A stretch of DNA of 64,000 bases from Chloroflexota bacterium (GTDB lineage: Bacteria > Chloroflexota > UBA11872 > VXOZ01). A program made the translations under genes and the position numbers. Positions 8,761 through 19,677 of this stretch are shown piece by piece. The stretch is from assembly GCA_963663275.1 (NCBI GenBank), contig OY760183.1, forward strand, positions 1,728,001 through 1,792,000, read 5' to 3'. The notes beneath the pieces were generated by a model, which worked only from the letters and a program-made list of their open reading frames with translations, made no database searches and was not told where the DNA came from. The stretch's first letter is position 1; every line of letters begins with the position of its first letter.

Positions 8761-8963
8761 GGAATCCCCTCTCCCTTGAGGGAGAGGGTTAGGGTGAGGG
8801 TGAGTCCGCGCAACCGGAAGACGCAGGTTACAAACCTGCGCTACCGGAGAAGAGGCGCTGGCGGGGGAGTGAAAAGTCCCCTCTCCCTCAAGGGAGAGGG
8901 TTAGGGTGAGGGTGAATCTGCGCAACCGGGGACGCAGGTTACAAACCTGCCCTACCGGAGAAG
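8742..8963. repeat. tandem duplication of about 112 bp, each unit with two REP types (BIME-like)
   Basis: GGCGCTGGC.GGGGAGTGA at 8742 and 8854, each followed by the same two palindromes. Confidence 0.85.
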
Positions 8964-9001
8964 CGCGGCGGAGGTTCGGGCATTTGAGGCTTGGCGCGCG
9001 G

Positions 9002-9991
9002 CTACGTCCACTCCAAAATCACGCCCATGGCGTCTTCTGGATGCTCATAGAGCAGGTCGAAAGCCGCCTTTGCCTGGTTGCCGGGGAAGCGATGGGTAAC
9101 CAGCGGCGCTGCTCGCACGAGGCCGTTGGAGAGCGCCTCCATTGCCGCGCGTGCTATGGCGTTTATGTCGGTATCCGCAAGGTAGCCGCCAATGAGGCGT
9201 TTGCGTTGCATCTTGCTGGCGTCCAGCGGTAATGGGCTGTCGTGATAGAGGCCGATGATCTGCAGCAGGCCGCTGGAATTAAGCATGTCTTGCGCTTGCG
9301 CAAATGATTTGACGCCTGCGCGTCCGCCCACGCAGTCAATCACGATGTCCGCGCCTTGGCCGTCCGTGAGTTCCAAAACGGACTCCACCGGATCGCGCGC
9401 GGCGCCATCTATTATGATTCCCATGTTTCGCTCTGCGGCCAGTCTGCGGCGAATCGGCAGCATGTCGATACCGCAGAGTTGCGCGGCCATGAAGCGGGTC
9501 GCGGCTTGCATCACGAGATTGCCCACCAAGCCCAGGCCAAGAATGACCACGGTATGGTGCGGTTGGATGCCCGCGGCGGCGGTCCAACCAACTGAGCTAC
9601 TAACAAGAGGCTGGAACGTTCCGTCGACAAAAGGGACGTCGTCCGGCAGATGAGTCACGCGCCTGCGGACATCAGACATAGCGTCTCCAAGAGCGTATTC
9701 GGCGTGAGGCGCGGTGCAGGAGACGCGGTCGCCGGGCGCAAACCCGGTTACCTCGCTGCCGACTTTCTCAATGACGCCGGCCGTAGAATAGCCCATCCTG
9801 CTGGAGTCAACCGGCCCGGGCATAACGTAACGCTTCCAAAGTTCCGAGCCGCGGCTGATGAGGCTCCTGTGGACGCGCACAAGCGCCTCATTGGGGCCGG
9901 GATCGGGAATGGGCACCTGTTCCATCACGATGTTGCCCAAGCCCTCGTGTTTGGCAACCCGCCACATCATGCCAGCCATGTTCCTATTCAC
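9002..9991 (-). CDS. MDR-family (zinc-binding type) dehydrogenase
   Basis: SLISRGSE, MGYSTAG, GLGLVG and GADIVIDCVG motifs. Confidence 0.85.
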   Translation of the reverse strand: MNRNMAGMMWRVAKHEGLGNIVMEQVPIPDPGPNEALVRVHRSLISRGSELWKRYVMPGPVDSSRMGYSTAGVIEKVGSEVTGFAPGDRVSCTAPHAEYALGDAMSDVRRRVTHLPDDVPFVDGTFQPLVSSSVGWTAAAGIQPHHTVVILGLGLVGNLVMQAATRFMAAQLCGIDMLPIRRRLAAERNMGIIIDGAARDPVESVLELTDGQGADIVIDCVGGRAGVKSFAQAQDMLNSSGLLQIIGLYHDSPLPLDASKMQRKRLIGGYLADTDINAIARAAMEALSNGLVRAAPLVTHRFPGNQAKAAFDLLYEHPEDAMGVILEWT

Positions 9992-10054
9992 CTTTCGCTT
10001 CAGTGAGACTCTTCGCCACTCTCAGGTGGCACAGTTGTAGCTGCACGTTCGCTG

Positions 10055-11131
10055 CTAGTCCGGCTTGTACCGCGGCTGGCGCGCCACGTGGTCACGGCGG
10101 ATGAAGCGCAGATCGTGGTTGGTCAAGGGGAGCTCAACCCGCGCGCCGCCGCGGCGATGCGACTCTATAAAGCCGAAGATGATTTGCATGTTCCAATACG
10201 CTACCTCAGCGCCGCCGCGCGTTGGCTCGCCCGTGTCGAGAGCGTGGACGATGTCGTTGACGAGGTTGAGCGTCGCGCTCGTCGGCGGGGAATCCAGGTT
10301 TGGACCATCCTCGGACTTGTCCCTGTGTTTCACGCGGGTGCGGAATTCGACGCCGTTGTTCAGGGCGGTTATGACACCGTTGGCGCAGACTGCCTCTATC
10401 TCCGAGCGTCTGGGACTGTCCAGGGCATAGCCGATGACGTCGTTTTCAAACATGATGATGCCCGTGCCCGCCGGGTCTTCCAAGACTTCCGCGCCCACAA
10501 CGAGCTCATCGAAATGGAAGACATAGGCCTGGACCCATTTGGGCGCGGCATCGTTGTTGAGGTGTATCAGGAGGTCGAAGAAGTGACTCGACGTGTTGAA
10601 GAAGTTTCCGGTAGAGAAATTGATGAGCGTACGGAGGTCGCCAAAGTCGCCGGAGTGAATCTTGGCGCGCATGGCCGCGAAACCGTCATGCCAGCGGCGA
10701 TTGGTGCCCATGTTGAAGGCGACGTCGTTCGCCTTAACGGCATCCCGGATAGCCTCAGCTTCCGCAATCGAAGCACAGAGCGGCTTCTCGACGTAAAGCG
10801 CGCGGACTCCCTGCTTGATGGCGTGGAGGATGATTTCGCAGCGCGGCTCCGGCTGCGTGGCGATGCTGAGAATGTCGGGCCGTTCATTGGCAATCAAGTC
10901 GCGGTGGTTGGTGTACCAGTGGTCTGAGCCCACGTTGTAGCGTTCACCGAACTGCTCCAACACGTCCGGACGCAGATCGGCGCCTGCGACGAGATCGGTA
11001 CGTGGACACGCCTCATAGCCGGCGGCATGTGAATAGGGCAGCGGTATCGAGCGATTTGCGGTGACCTCATTGTCGATGAAGGCCCCCATGCGGCTGCAGC
11101 CGACCAGCGCCGCGCGGTACGTCTTTGCCAT
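10055..11131 (-). CDS. Gfo/Idh/MocA oxidoreductase (paralog A)
   Basis: ALVGCSRMG, DILSIAT and VEKP motifs. Confidence 0.88.
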   Translation of the reverse strand: MAKTYRAALVGCSRMGAFIDNEVTANRSIPLPYSHAAGYEACPRTDLVAGADLRPDVLEQFGERYNVGSDHWYTNHRDLIANERPDILSIATQPEPRCEIILHAIKQGVRALYVEKPLCASIAEAEAIRDAVKANDVAFNMGTNRRWHDGFAAMRAKIHSGDFGDLRTLINFSTGNFFNTSSHFFDLLIHLNNDAAPKWVQAYVFHFDELVVGAEVLEDPAGTGIIMFENDVIGYALDSPRRSEIEAVCANGVITALNNGVEFRTRVKHRDKSEDGPNLDSPPTSATLNLVNDIVHALDTGEPTRGGAEVAYWNMQIIFGFIESHRRGGARVELPLTNHDLRFIRRDHVARQPRYKPD

Positions 11132-11483
11132 CTTGACTGCTCCTCATGTGTACAGGCGTTTTGTACTCGCTGAAACTGTAACTGCCTTGACGGTATCCGG
11201 ATTGCGCCGTTTGCCTTCCAGGACTTGAAACGTCGCAGTTGCGTCATTCCCGCGATAGCTCGCCCCGGTACGGGGGCGCGGAATCCATCTTCGCGCTATG
11301 TAAAGCCGTACCGCTTCATCGAGCGGCAACGAGAATCGCGCATGAGTGTGGAGCGCGTAATCGCCTCTTCCGCGGCCACTCTGAACACGTGCGCACGAGT
11401 GGAATCGGTCGGACATTTCAGATTTCTCGCTTACGCTCGCAATGACACGCTACGGTGACAAGCTCAACCGGGATCGACCAGTC

Positions 11484-12560
11484 CTAGCCGGGCGTGTACG
11501 TTGGCTGGTTGGCTTTGCGGTCATGCCGGATGAAGCGCAGGTCATGGTTCGTCAAGGGCAGCTCAACCCGCGCGCCGCCCCGGCGATGCGACTCGATCAT
11601 CCCGAATAGCACTTGCATATTCCAATACGCCACGTCCGCGCCGCCCCGGGTCGGCTCTCCCGTATCGAGGGCGTGCACGATATCGTTGACGAGGTTCAGG
11701 GTAGAACTTACGTTGGGGAAGTCCAGGTTCGGCCCGTCCTCAGACTCTTCTGCGTCCTGCGCGCGGGTGCGAAACTCCACGCCGTTGTCCAGGGCCGTAA
11801 TTGCGCCTCTGCCGCACACGGCTTCGAATTCCGCGCGCCGGGCACTGTCCAAGCCATAGCCGATGACGTCGTTTTCAAACATGATAATGCCGGTGCCAAT
11901 GGGATCTTCCAACACTTCCGTACCCACCACGAGCTCGTCAAAGTCAAAGACGTAGGCCTGCACCCACTTGGGAGCAACATCATTGTTGAGATAGAGCATC
12001 AGGTCGAAGAAGTGGCTGAACCCATTGAAGAACTGCCCGGTGAAGAAATTGATGAGCGTGCGGAGATCGCCAATATCGCCTGAATGTATCTTGGCGCGCA
12101 TCGCCTCGAAACCGTTATGCCAGCGGCGATTCGTGCCCATGTTGAAAGCGACGTTATTAGCGCGGACGGCGTCGCGGATGGCTTCCGCTTCGGCAACGGA
12201 AGCACAGAGCGCCTTTTCAACATACAGCGCGCGCACGCCCTGCTCGATGGCGTGCAGGATAATCTCACACCGTTGTTCCGGCTGCGTGGCAATGCTGAGA
12301 ATGTCGGGCCGCTCGTTGGATATGAGGTCACGATAGTCTGTGTACCTGTGATCGGGTCCCACGTTGTAGCGGGCGCCGAATTTCTCAAGCACCTCCGGGC
12401 GGAGGTCAGCGCCGGCCACCAGGTCTGTACGCGGACACGCTTCATAGCCGGCGGCATGGGAATACGGCAGCGGAATCGAGCGTATGTCGACGTGTTCATT
12501 GTCGATGAAGGCTCCCATGCGGCTGCAGCCGATTAACGCGGCGCGGTATGTCTTAGCCAT
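11484..12560 (-). CDS. Gfo/Idh/MocA oxidoreductase (paralog B, tandem duplicate)
   Basis: 358 aa, colinear with 10055-11131. Confidence 0.88.
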   Translation of the reverse strand: MAKTYRAALIGCSRMGAFIDNEHVDIRSIPLPYSHAAGYEACPRTDLVAGADLRPEVLEKFGARYNVGPDHRYTDYRDLISNERPDILSIATQPEQRCEIILHAIEQGVRALYVEKALCASVAEAEAIRDAVRANNVAFNMGTNRRWHNGFEAMRAKIHSGDIGDLRTLINFFTGQFFNGFSHFFDLMLYLNNDVAPKWVQAYVFDFDELVVGTEVLEDPIGTGIIMFENDVIGYGLDSARRAEFEAVCGRGAITALDNGVEFRTRAQDAEESEDGPNLDFPNVSSTLNLVNDIVHALDTGEPTRGGADVAYWNMQVLFGMIESHRRGGARVELPLTNHDLRFIRHDRKANQPTYTPG

Positions 12561-12824
12561 GCTCGCTAATCCTCGATGTTTGCCACTGGCGAAGTCTCAC
12601 TCGAGCCAAGTGAAGTATAGTCCGTTTCTTCTTCCCGGCAACGTGCAGCGGGAAATGGATCGCGGCCACGTCCATCATTACTATGAGAATAGACCGCAAC
12701 AGACCCTTCGTGCCCGCGCAAGCGGGAGTCCATCCACTCTTCTTTCCCAAACTCCGGCTTCCGCCGGAGCGAGGCGCCGTTCACCTTTCGACAGGCTCAA
12801 GGCGAACGGTGCAAAATCATCGCC

Positions 12825-13922
12825 TTAGCCACCGGGGATGTACAGGCTCCGGTCCGCCACCGGCAGCGACACCCGCGCGCCTCCTTGCAGGGATGAATGA
12901 GCCACGCCGAACTGCGTTTCCACGGCTTGCATCGTGACGTCGATATTGCCGTCGGAGCGTTGGCCGGTCTCCATCTCGCGGATGATATTGCGAATGTTCG
13001 TAATGCCAGGGGGATCGCCAGTGGCGTGGATGGTGGTCTCTTCCACCTCGTCGCCGCGCCGCAAAGGCCGCTGAATGCGGGTATCGATGCCGTTGTCCCA
13101 GCTAATAGCGCGGCCTTCCGTGCCGCGCACTTCCAAGTCAAAGGATCTCGGCGTGGGCACAAAGTAACCTACGGCGCCCGACTCATAGCCAACGCGGAAG
13201 AAATCGACCATGGGGTCGGCGATTTCCATGCCCGGCAATGGTATATAGGCGTGTTGTTCCGCGTCATACGGAGCGGTGGCCTTATCGTTACCCTTCACAC
13301 GCGGGTCGTCTGGGTCGACCAAGCGTCCTTCCACCCACACCGGTTTGGGATCGCCCAACATCATTTGGACCAGGTCGATGGTGTGGGGGTGATGCTTGAT
13401 GATGTCGGTGTAGTAGTTGAGCAACGCGTGGATGGGCCGGCCGATGGCCCCGCCTTGGATGGCGTCACGCAGCCGCTTGTAGGAGTCGTGGTGGCGGCGC
13501 TGCGCGCCCCAGTTGAAGGCCACGTTGTTGCGCGTGACGGCCTCGTGGATGCGGTCCGCCTCCGCCAGCGACGCGCACAGCCCTTTCTCGGCAAAGATGC
13601 CCCGCACGCCGTGTTCCGCGCAGAAGATTATCGGTTCCGCACGAGCGAACGACGGCGTGGTGACGCTCACGATATCCGGTTTCTCTTTCTCGATCATCTC
13701 GCGGTAATCGAGATAGGCGTTGGTAACGCCAAAGCGCTTGCAAAACCGTTCCAGGCGCTCTTTGCCCCGGTTGGCCACGGCGATGACGGTGGTCTCCGGC
13801 ATGGCGTCATAGCTGGGGAAATGACCGTAGGGCGTCGAGAAGCTGCGCTCACCTTGCTCGTCTTCAATCAGACCGCCCATGCGGCCGGTGCCGATGATGG
13901 CGACCCGGTACGCATTGCTCAT
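12825..13922 (-). CDS. Gfo/Idh/MocA oxidoreductase (paralog C)
   Basis: IIGTGRMG, PDIVSVTT and AEKG motifs; ATG overlaps the VOC gene stop. Confidence 0.85.
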   Translation of the reverse strand: MSNAYRVAIIGTGRMGGLIEDEQGERSFSTPYGHFPSYDAMPETTVIAVANRGKERLERFCKRFGVTNAYLDYREMIEKEKPDIVSVTTPSFARAEPIIFCAEHGVRGIFAEKGLCASLAEADRIHEAVTRNNVAFNWGAQRRHHDSYKRLRDAIQGGAIGRPIHALLNYYTDIIKHHPHTIDLVQMMLGDPKPVWVEGRLVDPDDPRVKGNDKATAPYDAEQHAYIPLPGMEIADPMVDFFRVGYESGAVGYFVPTPRSFDLEVRGTEGRAISWDNGIDTRIQRPLRRGDEVEETTIHATGDPPGITNIRNIIREMETGQRSDGNIDVTMQAVETQFGVAHSSLQGGARVSLPVADRSLYIPGG

Positions 13923-14335
13923 AGGTCCACCCCCGGCCACTGGTCGCTGCTGGCGGTCACGTCCACCACGATGCCGTCCGGGTCTTCCACCTTGAACGAG
14001 CCGGAGGGCGGCTTCGACGGGTCGTAAGAGTACTCCTGGCCCTCGCTGACGCCTTCCCAGAAGATCTCGTAGCCCATGTCGTCAAGTCGTGTGGCTGCTT
14101 CCGCCAGGTCCGAAACCTTCACGCCAATGTGGAGGTAGTCGAGCATACCGGAGACGTGCGCCGGGCGGTCCGGCCCCTCGTGCTGGAAGACGCGAAAGTT
14201 GTGGTAGCCGTCGCTGAGGTCGTAGCCGTGGTGGAGTTCGTTGACAACCTCCAGGCCGAGCGCGTCGCGCCAGAAGCGTATGGTCTTGTCGATGTCGCTG
14301 GCGCGCACGCCCACGTGGACAAGTGTCGATGCCAT
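13919..14335 (-). CDS. VOC/glyoxalase family protein
   Basis: HVGVRASD..FWRDALGL, HIGVKVSDL and DPDG motifs. Confidence 0.85.
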   Translation of the reverse strand: MASTLVHVGVRASDIDKTIRFWRDALGLEVVNELHHGYDLSDGYHNFRVFQHEGPDRPAHVSGMLDYLHIGVKVSDLAEAATRLDDMGYEIFWEGVSEGQEYSYDPSKPPSGSFKVEDPDGIVVDVTASSDQWPGVDL

Positions 14336-14581
14336 TGCGTTTCCCTCCCAATTCGCTGGCTGCTGACTTGAAACTCTGCGCTGCGCTGAATGACCGTTGC
14401 CGTTAGTATAGCGTCACCGGGCGCGGATTGCATACAAGCGGCGTTGCGGTTTCCCCCCTCACCCCGGCCCTCTCCCCAGGGAGAGGGAGGTTAATGGTAC
14501 CGGCCCGCTCTTGTATTGCCGGCCCCGATTTCGACAAACGGCCCCGTTTCCGACTGCTGGCCCGGTCATGGAAAGGCCTCT

Positions 14582-15415
14582 CTAGGAAGACGTAACGAAC
14601 GGGGCGAGGGCGTGGTACACTTGTTTACATAACGAATGCACGGAAACGCCTGGGAGCGCCGGCTGGTGGGAGGTGACGTAGCCTCGATAGTCGATGGCGG
14701 TGAGACCGTCGCGGAATCGGGGCAGGTCGATGCCCGCCGGGTCGCCAATCACCAACCGCTGGTAGCGCACCGGGCCGGCATTGGTCTCAACCGATGAATC
14801 GCCGCGGTCCGTGACGCGCAGGTTCTGGACGTAGACGTTGAAGACGGACGGGCCGAGCGGCGTTAGGGCCGCCGGGCCGTAGTCCTGCCCGCAGAGCGCG
14901 AAGTTCGCCGGTTCCAGGATGAGGCCGAAGTTGGGGCGGTCGATGCGCTCGATCATCTCGCGGCAGCCGGCGACGGTCTCAAAAGGCGTGGCGGTGTGGG
15001 TCTGTTGGGCGAGGCGAATGCCGTGCTCGCGCGCTTCGTCCGCGGCGCGCCGCGCCCACACGACGTCTTCCCCGCTCTTTACGCCCACGCGCATGAGGTC
15101 GGCGCCCAGCGCGGCGGCGCGCTCCAACGTCGGCCCCAGATTGCGCAGGAACGCGCCCGCGTCGAGAGCGTTGCCTTCCCGGGGCACGCGGGCGTCCGTG
15201 GTGAGCATCGAGGCGGCTAATCCGTGTTGCGCGAGGATGGCGCGCATCTCGCGCACGCGCGCGAGCGGGGTTGCGCTTGACAGATGCGTGGGGCGGACGC
15301 AGACGGCATTGAAGCCGACCTGGGCGGCAAGGCGCGCCAGGCCGCTGAAGTCGAGGGAAGCGTGGTCCTTGACGTCCTCGGCTTCGGCGATGCGTCCCGA
15401 CAGCGAGAGTTGCAT
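14582..15415 (-). CDS. sugar phosphate isomerase/epimerase (xylose-isomerase-like TIM barrel)
   Basis: GIRLAQQTH, NFGLILEPAN and IDYRGYVT pattern. Confidence 0.75.
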   Translation of the reverse strand: MQLSLSGRIAEAEDVKDHASLDFSGLARLAAQVGFNAVCVRPTHLSSATPLARVREMRAILAQHGLAASMLTTDARVPREGNALDAGAFLRNLGPTLERAAALGADLMRVGVKSGEDVVWARRAADEAREHGIRLAQQTHTATPFETVAGCREMIERIDRPNFGLILEPANFALCGQDYGPAALTPLGPSVFNVYVQNLRVTDRGDSSVETNAGPVRYQRLVIGDPAGIDLPRFRDGLTAIDYRGYVTSHQPALPGVSVHSLCKQVYHALAPFVTSS

Positions 15416-15626
15416 TGGCAGTTCTCCGGCGCCGCGCGCCGCGCTCCGTATGGCGTTGGGCACACTATACGCTGGGAGTTCGCGTGCGGCAAGGATTCAT
15501 GGGGGCAGTGCGGGGAGGCGGCGATTGCGCGATACGGACTCGCGTGTTGGAATGTGTGGAATGTAGTATCCTCTAGTCAGGCCGCAAAGCTCGTGGTTTG
15601 AGACGGAGTTTGTCCGTCGCGGCGGA

Positions 15627-15726
15627 GGCGGGGGACAAGCCCCCGCGCTACGTGGAACGAAGAGGCGGGGAATAAAGCCCCGCGATGCGTAGAACCAAGG
15701 AGGCGGGGGACAAGCCCCCGCGGTAC
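15627..15726. repeat. REP GGCGGGGGACAAGCCCCCGCGCTAC cluster (also about 4916, 5248, 18582, 20424, 20476, 31552)
   Basis: Three adjacent copies here, near-identical copies elsewhere. Confidence 0.88.
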
Positions 15727-15761
15727 GGTAGAGAACGCCATTACGTAAGTTGAGGGATTGC

Positions 15762-18542
15762 ATGAGTACGGTAGATAGCTTCAATAGCAAGTCAACGTTT
15801 TCTGTTGGGGGAAATGCGTACACGCTCTATCGCCTGGCCGCGCTGGCGGAGGCGGGAATTGGCAACGTGGCGCGGCTGCCCTTCTCGATCAAGGTGTTGC
15901 TGGAGAGTCTCTTGCGCACCGAGGACGGTCGTTCCGTGCTGCGCGAGGACGTGGAGGCGCTGGCGAACTGGGACCCGCGCCAGGCCGGAGCGCGTGAGAT
16001 CAACTTCACCCCGGCGCGGGTGATACTCCAGGACTTTACCGGCGTGCCCTCCGTGGTTGACCTGGCGGCGATGCGAGAGGCGATCAGCGACCTGGGCGGC
16101 GATCCCGACCGCATCAATCCCTTGCAGCCGGCCGACCTCATCATCGACCACTCGGTGCAGGTGGACGTCTACGGCATGCCAGATGCGTTCGCCATCAACG
16201 CCCAACGCGAGTTCGCCCGCAACCAGGAGCGGTACGCCTTTCTGCGGTGGGGGCAGAAAGCCTTCGACAACTTCAGTATCGTGCCGCCGGATACGGGCAT
16301 CGTGCACCAGGTGAACCTGGAGTATCTGGGGCGGGTCGTCTTTGCCGATGAGCGCGGCGGCGAGCGTGTGGCCTATCTCGACTCGCTGGTGGGCACGGAC
16401 TCCCACACGACGATGATCAACGGTCTGGGCGTGCTCGGCTGGGGCGTGGGCGGCATCGAGGCCGAGGCGGTGATGCTGGGCCAACCCATCTCATTGCTGG
16501 TGCCGGAGGTGGTCGGCTTTCGTATCAGCGGCCGGCTGCCGGAAGGCGCGACCGCCACCGACCTGGTGCTTACCGTGACCCAGATGCTGCGGCAGCGGGG
16601 CGTGGTGGGCAAGTTCGTCGAGTTTTGCGGCCCGGGCCTGGCGTCGCTGAGCCTGCCCGACCGAGCCACGATTTCCAACATGGCGCCGGAATATGGGGCC
16701 ACCGTGGGCATCTTCCCGGTGGACGGCGAGACGATCCGCTACCTGCGCCTCACCGGACGGGATGAAGACCTGGTGCAACTGGTGGAGGCGTACTGCAAAG
16801 AACAGGGGATGTTCTACGGTCCCGGGGAGCCGGAGCCGGTCTTCTCGGACGTGCTCGAACTCGACCTGTCGGCGGTAGAGCCGAGTCTGGCCGGGCCTAA
16901 GCGGCCTCAAGACCGGGTGCCGCTGCACGGCGTGCGGCAGAGTTTTCACGACGCCTATCCGGAGAAATTCGCGCAGGCTAACGGCAACGGAGCGACGGGA
17001 AGCGGCGGTGCGGCGGGCGCAGTTGCGCAAGAGAGTGGCGCGGTAGCCGTGGCGGACCCGGCCGCAAACGTCGATGTCTCGTTGGACGGCGTGCCCGCGC
17101 GCATTGGCGAAGGCTCCGTGGTGATCGCGGCCATTACGAGTTGCACGAACACGTCAAATCCGGCGGTGATGATCGGCGCGGGCCTCCTGGCCAGGAACGC
17201 CGTGGCCGCGGGCATTGGCCGCAAGCCGTGGGTGAAGACGAGCCTGGCGCCCGGCTCGCGGGTGGTGATGGACTACCTGGAGAAGCTCGACCTGGTGCCG
17301 CATCTGGAGGCGCTGGGCTTCCACCTGGTGGGCTACGGCTGCACCACGTGTATCGGCAACAGCGGGCCGCTGGCGCCGCCGCTGGAAGAGACGATCGGCG
17401 ATCACGAACTGGCGGTGGCGGCGGTGCTGAGCGGCAACCGCAACTTCGAGGGCAGAATTCACCCCTTGGTGCGGGCCTCGTACCTTGCCTCGCCGCCGTT
17501 GGTGGTGGCCTACGCGCTGGCGGGCACGGTCAACACCGATCTGACGCGCGATCCCATCGGCCGCAATGAAACGGGCGGCCCGGTTTACTTGCGGGACATC
17601 TGGCCCAGCCAGCGCGAGATTGCCGACGCCATGGCGCGGGTGGTGGACGCGGAGATGTTCCGCCGGCAGTACGACACGGTGTTCGAGGGTATGTCCGAGT
17701 GGGAGACCCTGGAAGCGCCTGAGGGCACGTTGTTCGCGTGGGACCCGGACTCTACCTACGTGCGCCAGCCGCCGTTCTTTGCGGACATGGAGCCGGAACC
17801 GGGGTCTCCGACCGACATCGCGGACGCCCGGGTGCTCGCCGTGGTGGGCGACTCGGTGACCACCGACCACATTTCTCCTGCCGGGTCGATTGCCAAAGAC
17901 AGCCCGGCGGGCGCGTACCTCATCGACCAAGGCGTGCAGCCGCGCGAGTTCAATTCCTATGGGTCGCGCCGGGGCAATCACGAGGTGATGATGCGCGGCA
18001 CGTTCGCCAACGTGCGGCTGCGCAATCTGCTTGTCTCCCGCGAGGGCGGCTGGACGCTGCACCTGCCGGACGAAACGGAGACGACCATCTACGACGCCTC
18101 CATGCAATACCAGCAGGACGGCGTGCCGCTGCTGCTGTTGGCGGGGAAAGACTACGGCATGGGTTCCAGCCGCGACTGGGCCGCCAAAGGGCCGGCGCTG
18201 CTGGGCGTGCGCGCCGTTATCGCCGAAAGCTACGAGCGCATCCACCGCAGCAATTTGGTGGGCATGGGCGTGCTGCCGCTCCAGTATGAGGAGGGTGAGA
18301 GCGCGGCGTCGCTGGGGCTGACCGGCAAGGAGACGTTCTCAATTGAGGGCATCGCGGAGGGTCTGACTCCGCGCAAGCCGGTGACCGTCCGCGCGCGGGG
18401 CGCCGACGGGGATGAAAAGACCTTCACCGCGATTGCCCGCATCAACACGCCGATTGAGGTGGACTACTACCGGCACGGCGGGGTGTTGCAGTACGTGCTG
18501 CGCAATCTGCTTGCGCATGGCGGGAATGGTGACGCGAGCTAG
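15762..18542 (+). CDS. acnA: aconitate hydratase A
   Basis: [36 protein letters not shown] and [10 protein letters not shown] motifs. Confidence 0.97.
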   Translation: MSTVDSFNSKSTFSVGGNAYTLYRLAALAEAGIGNVARLPFSIKVLLESLLRTEDGRSVLREDVEALANWDPRQAGAREINFTPARVILQDFTGVPSVVDLAAMREAISDLGGDPDRINPLQPADLIIDHSVQVDVYGMPDAFAINAQREFARNQERYAFLRWGQKAFDNFSIVPPDTGIVHQVNLEYLGRVVFADERGGERVAYLDSLVGTDSHTTMINGLGVLGWGVGGIEAEAVMLGQPISLLVPEVVGFRISGRLPEGATATDLVLTVTQMLRQRGVVGKFVEFCGPGLASLSLPDRATISNMAPEYGATVGIFPVDGETIRYLRLTGRDEDLVQLVEAYCKEQGMFYGPGEPEPVFSDVLELDLSAVEPSLAGPKRPQDRVPLHGVRQSFHDAYPEKFAQANGNGATGSGGAAGAVAQESGAVAVADPAANVDVSLDGVPARIGEGSVVIAAITSCTNTSNPAVMIGAGLLARNAVAAGIGRKPWVKTSLAPGSRVVMDYLEKLDLVPHLEALGFHLVGYGCTTCIGNSGPLAPPLEETIGDHELAVAAVLSGNRNFEGRIHPLVRASYLASPPLVVAYALAGTVNTDLTRDPIGRNETGGPVYLRDIWPSQREIADAMARVVDAEMFRRQYDTVFEGMSEWETLEAPEGTLFAWDPDSTYVRQPPFFADMEPEPGSPTDIADARVLAVVGDSVTTDHISPAGSIAKDSPAGAYLIDQGVQPREFNSYGSRRGNHEVMMRGTFANVRLRNLLVSREGGWTLHLPDETETTIYDASMQYQQDGVPLLLLAGKDYGMGSSRDWAAKGPALLGVRAVIAESYERIHRSNLVGMGVLPLQYEEGESAASLGLTGKETFSIEGIAEGLTPRKPVTVRARGADGDEKTFTAIARINTPIEVDYYRHGGVLQYVLRNLLAHGGNGDAS

Positions 18543-18685
18543 GCGCGTCGCCAAGGATGATGTCTGTCATTCGCGCGAAGAGGCGGGGGACAAGCCCCCG
18601 CGCTACGGTGTGGCGGTGGGGTTTGAGGGACACTGCCGAAGACAGCGTAGGCGGGGTAGGAGTTTTCCTGCAGCAGGAGTAGCCG

Positions 18686-19654
18686 ATGCGCATTGCGATA
18701 TTGGAGATCAGCCACTGGCACGTGCCGCTCTATCTGCCGGCGTTTACGGCGCTGGGCATCACGCCGGTGGCGGTGTCGGACGAGCAGCCGGGGTATGCCG
18801 AGCGGTTTGCCGGTCAATTCTCCGGCTGCGCTCCCTATCGGGACTATGTTGAACTGCTGGATAATGAAAAACCCGATTTCGTCTTTGCGTTCGGTCGGTA
18901 CCGCTTGCAGCCGGAGATCGCAACCCAACTGCTGGAACGGCGCATTCCGTTCGTCATCGAGAAACCGCTCGGCACCGACGCGAGTCAATTCGAACGGTTG
19001 ATTGGGCTTGCTAAAGAGAACGACGTTTTCGTTGCCATTCCGCTCACGAATCGCGCCGCGCCTTTTTCCCAGGCGGTGATGGAGTTGCGCGCCAGCGGCC
19101 GCCTGGGGCAAATCCGGCACGCGCATTTCCGCTACGCCGGGGGGCCGGTACAGCGGTACGTGGATTCCGGCTGTCCGTGGATGCTGAAAGCCGAAGAGTC
19201 CGGCGGCGGTTCGCTGCGCAATCTGGGGGTGCATTACGCCGACCTGTTTTCCTGGTTTACGGGCAGCGCGGAGGTGCGGGTCGGCTCCGCCCATCTGCGG
19301 CGCATCACGCCGGGCATTCCGGTTGAGGAATACGCCAACGTCACGTTCTGCGGCGACGACAACGCCTTTGCCGCCGTCGAGGTGGCGTATACGTATCCCG
19401 CGGACGCCGCCGACGTGGTCTGGAACGTGAGCGACGGCACAACCTACGTCACCTACCGCGACGGCGCAACCCGCATCATTACCGAAGAGGGCGTGGAAGA
19501 GCGCGGCGGCCACTCGGTACCGGGTCTCTATCAGGACTTCGTGAGGGATACGTTGCAGGCGTACCGCGAGGGCGGCGCGCCGTTGGCTACGCTTGAAGAC
19601 ATGCGCCGGGCGATGGTGTTGGTGGACGCCTGCTACGCGCTGGCGGGTGATTAG
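18686..19654 (+). CDS. Gfo/Idh/MocA oxidoreductase
   Basis: IEKPLG and SGGGSLRNLGVHYAD motifs. Confidence 0.85.
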   Translation: MRIAILEISHWHVPLYLPAFTALGITPVAVSDEQPGYAERFAGQFSGCAPYRDYVELLDNEKPDFVFAFGRYRLQPEIATQLLERRIPFVIEKPLGTDASQFERLIGLAKENDVFVAIPLTNRAAPFSQAVMELRASGRLGQIRHAHFRYAGGPVQRYVDSGCPWMLKAEESGGGSLRNLGVHYADLFSWFTGSAEVRVGSAHLRRITPGIPVEEYANVTFCGDDNAFAAVEVAYTYPADAADVVWNVSDGTTYVTYRDGATRIITEEGVEERGGHSVPGLYQDFVRDTLQAYREGGAPLATLEDMRRAMVLVDACYALAGD

Positions 19655-19677
19655 ACCTTGCCGTGAGGAATGGTGGA

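Noticed and set aside
16975-17070. Gly/Ala/Asn-rich insert in AcnA as REP-derived
   Set aside because: No match to any repeat family here; this loop is commonly variable.
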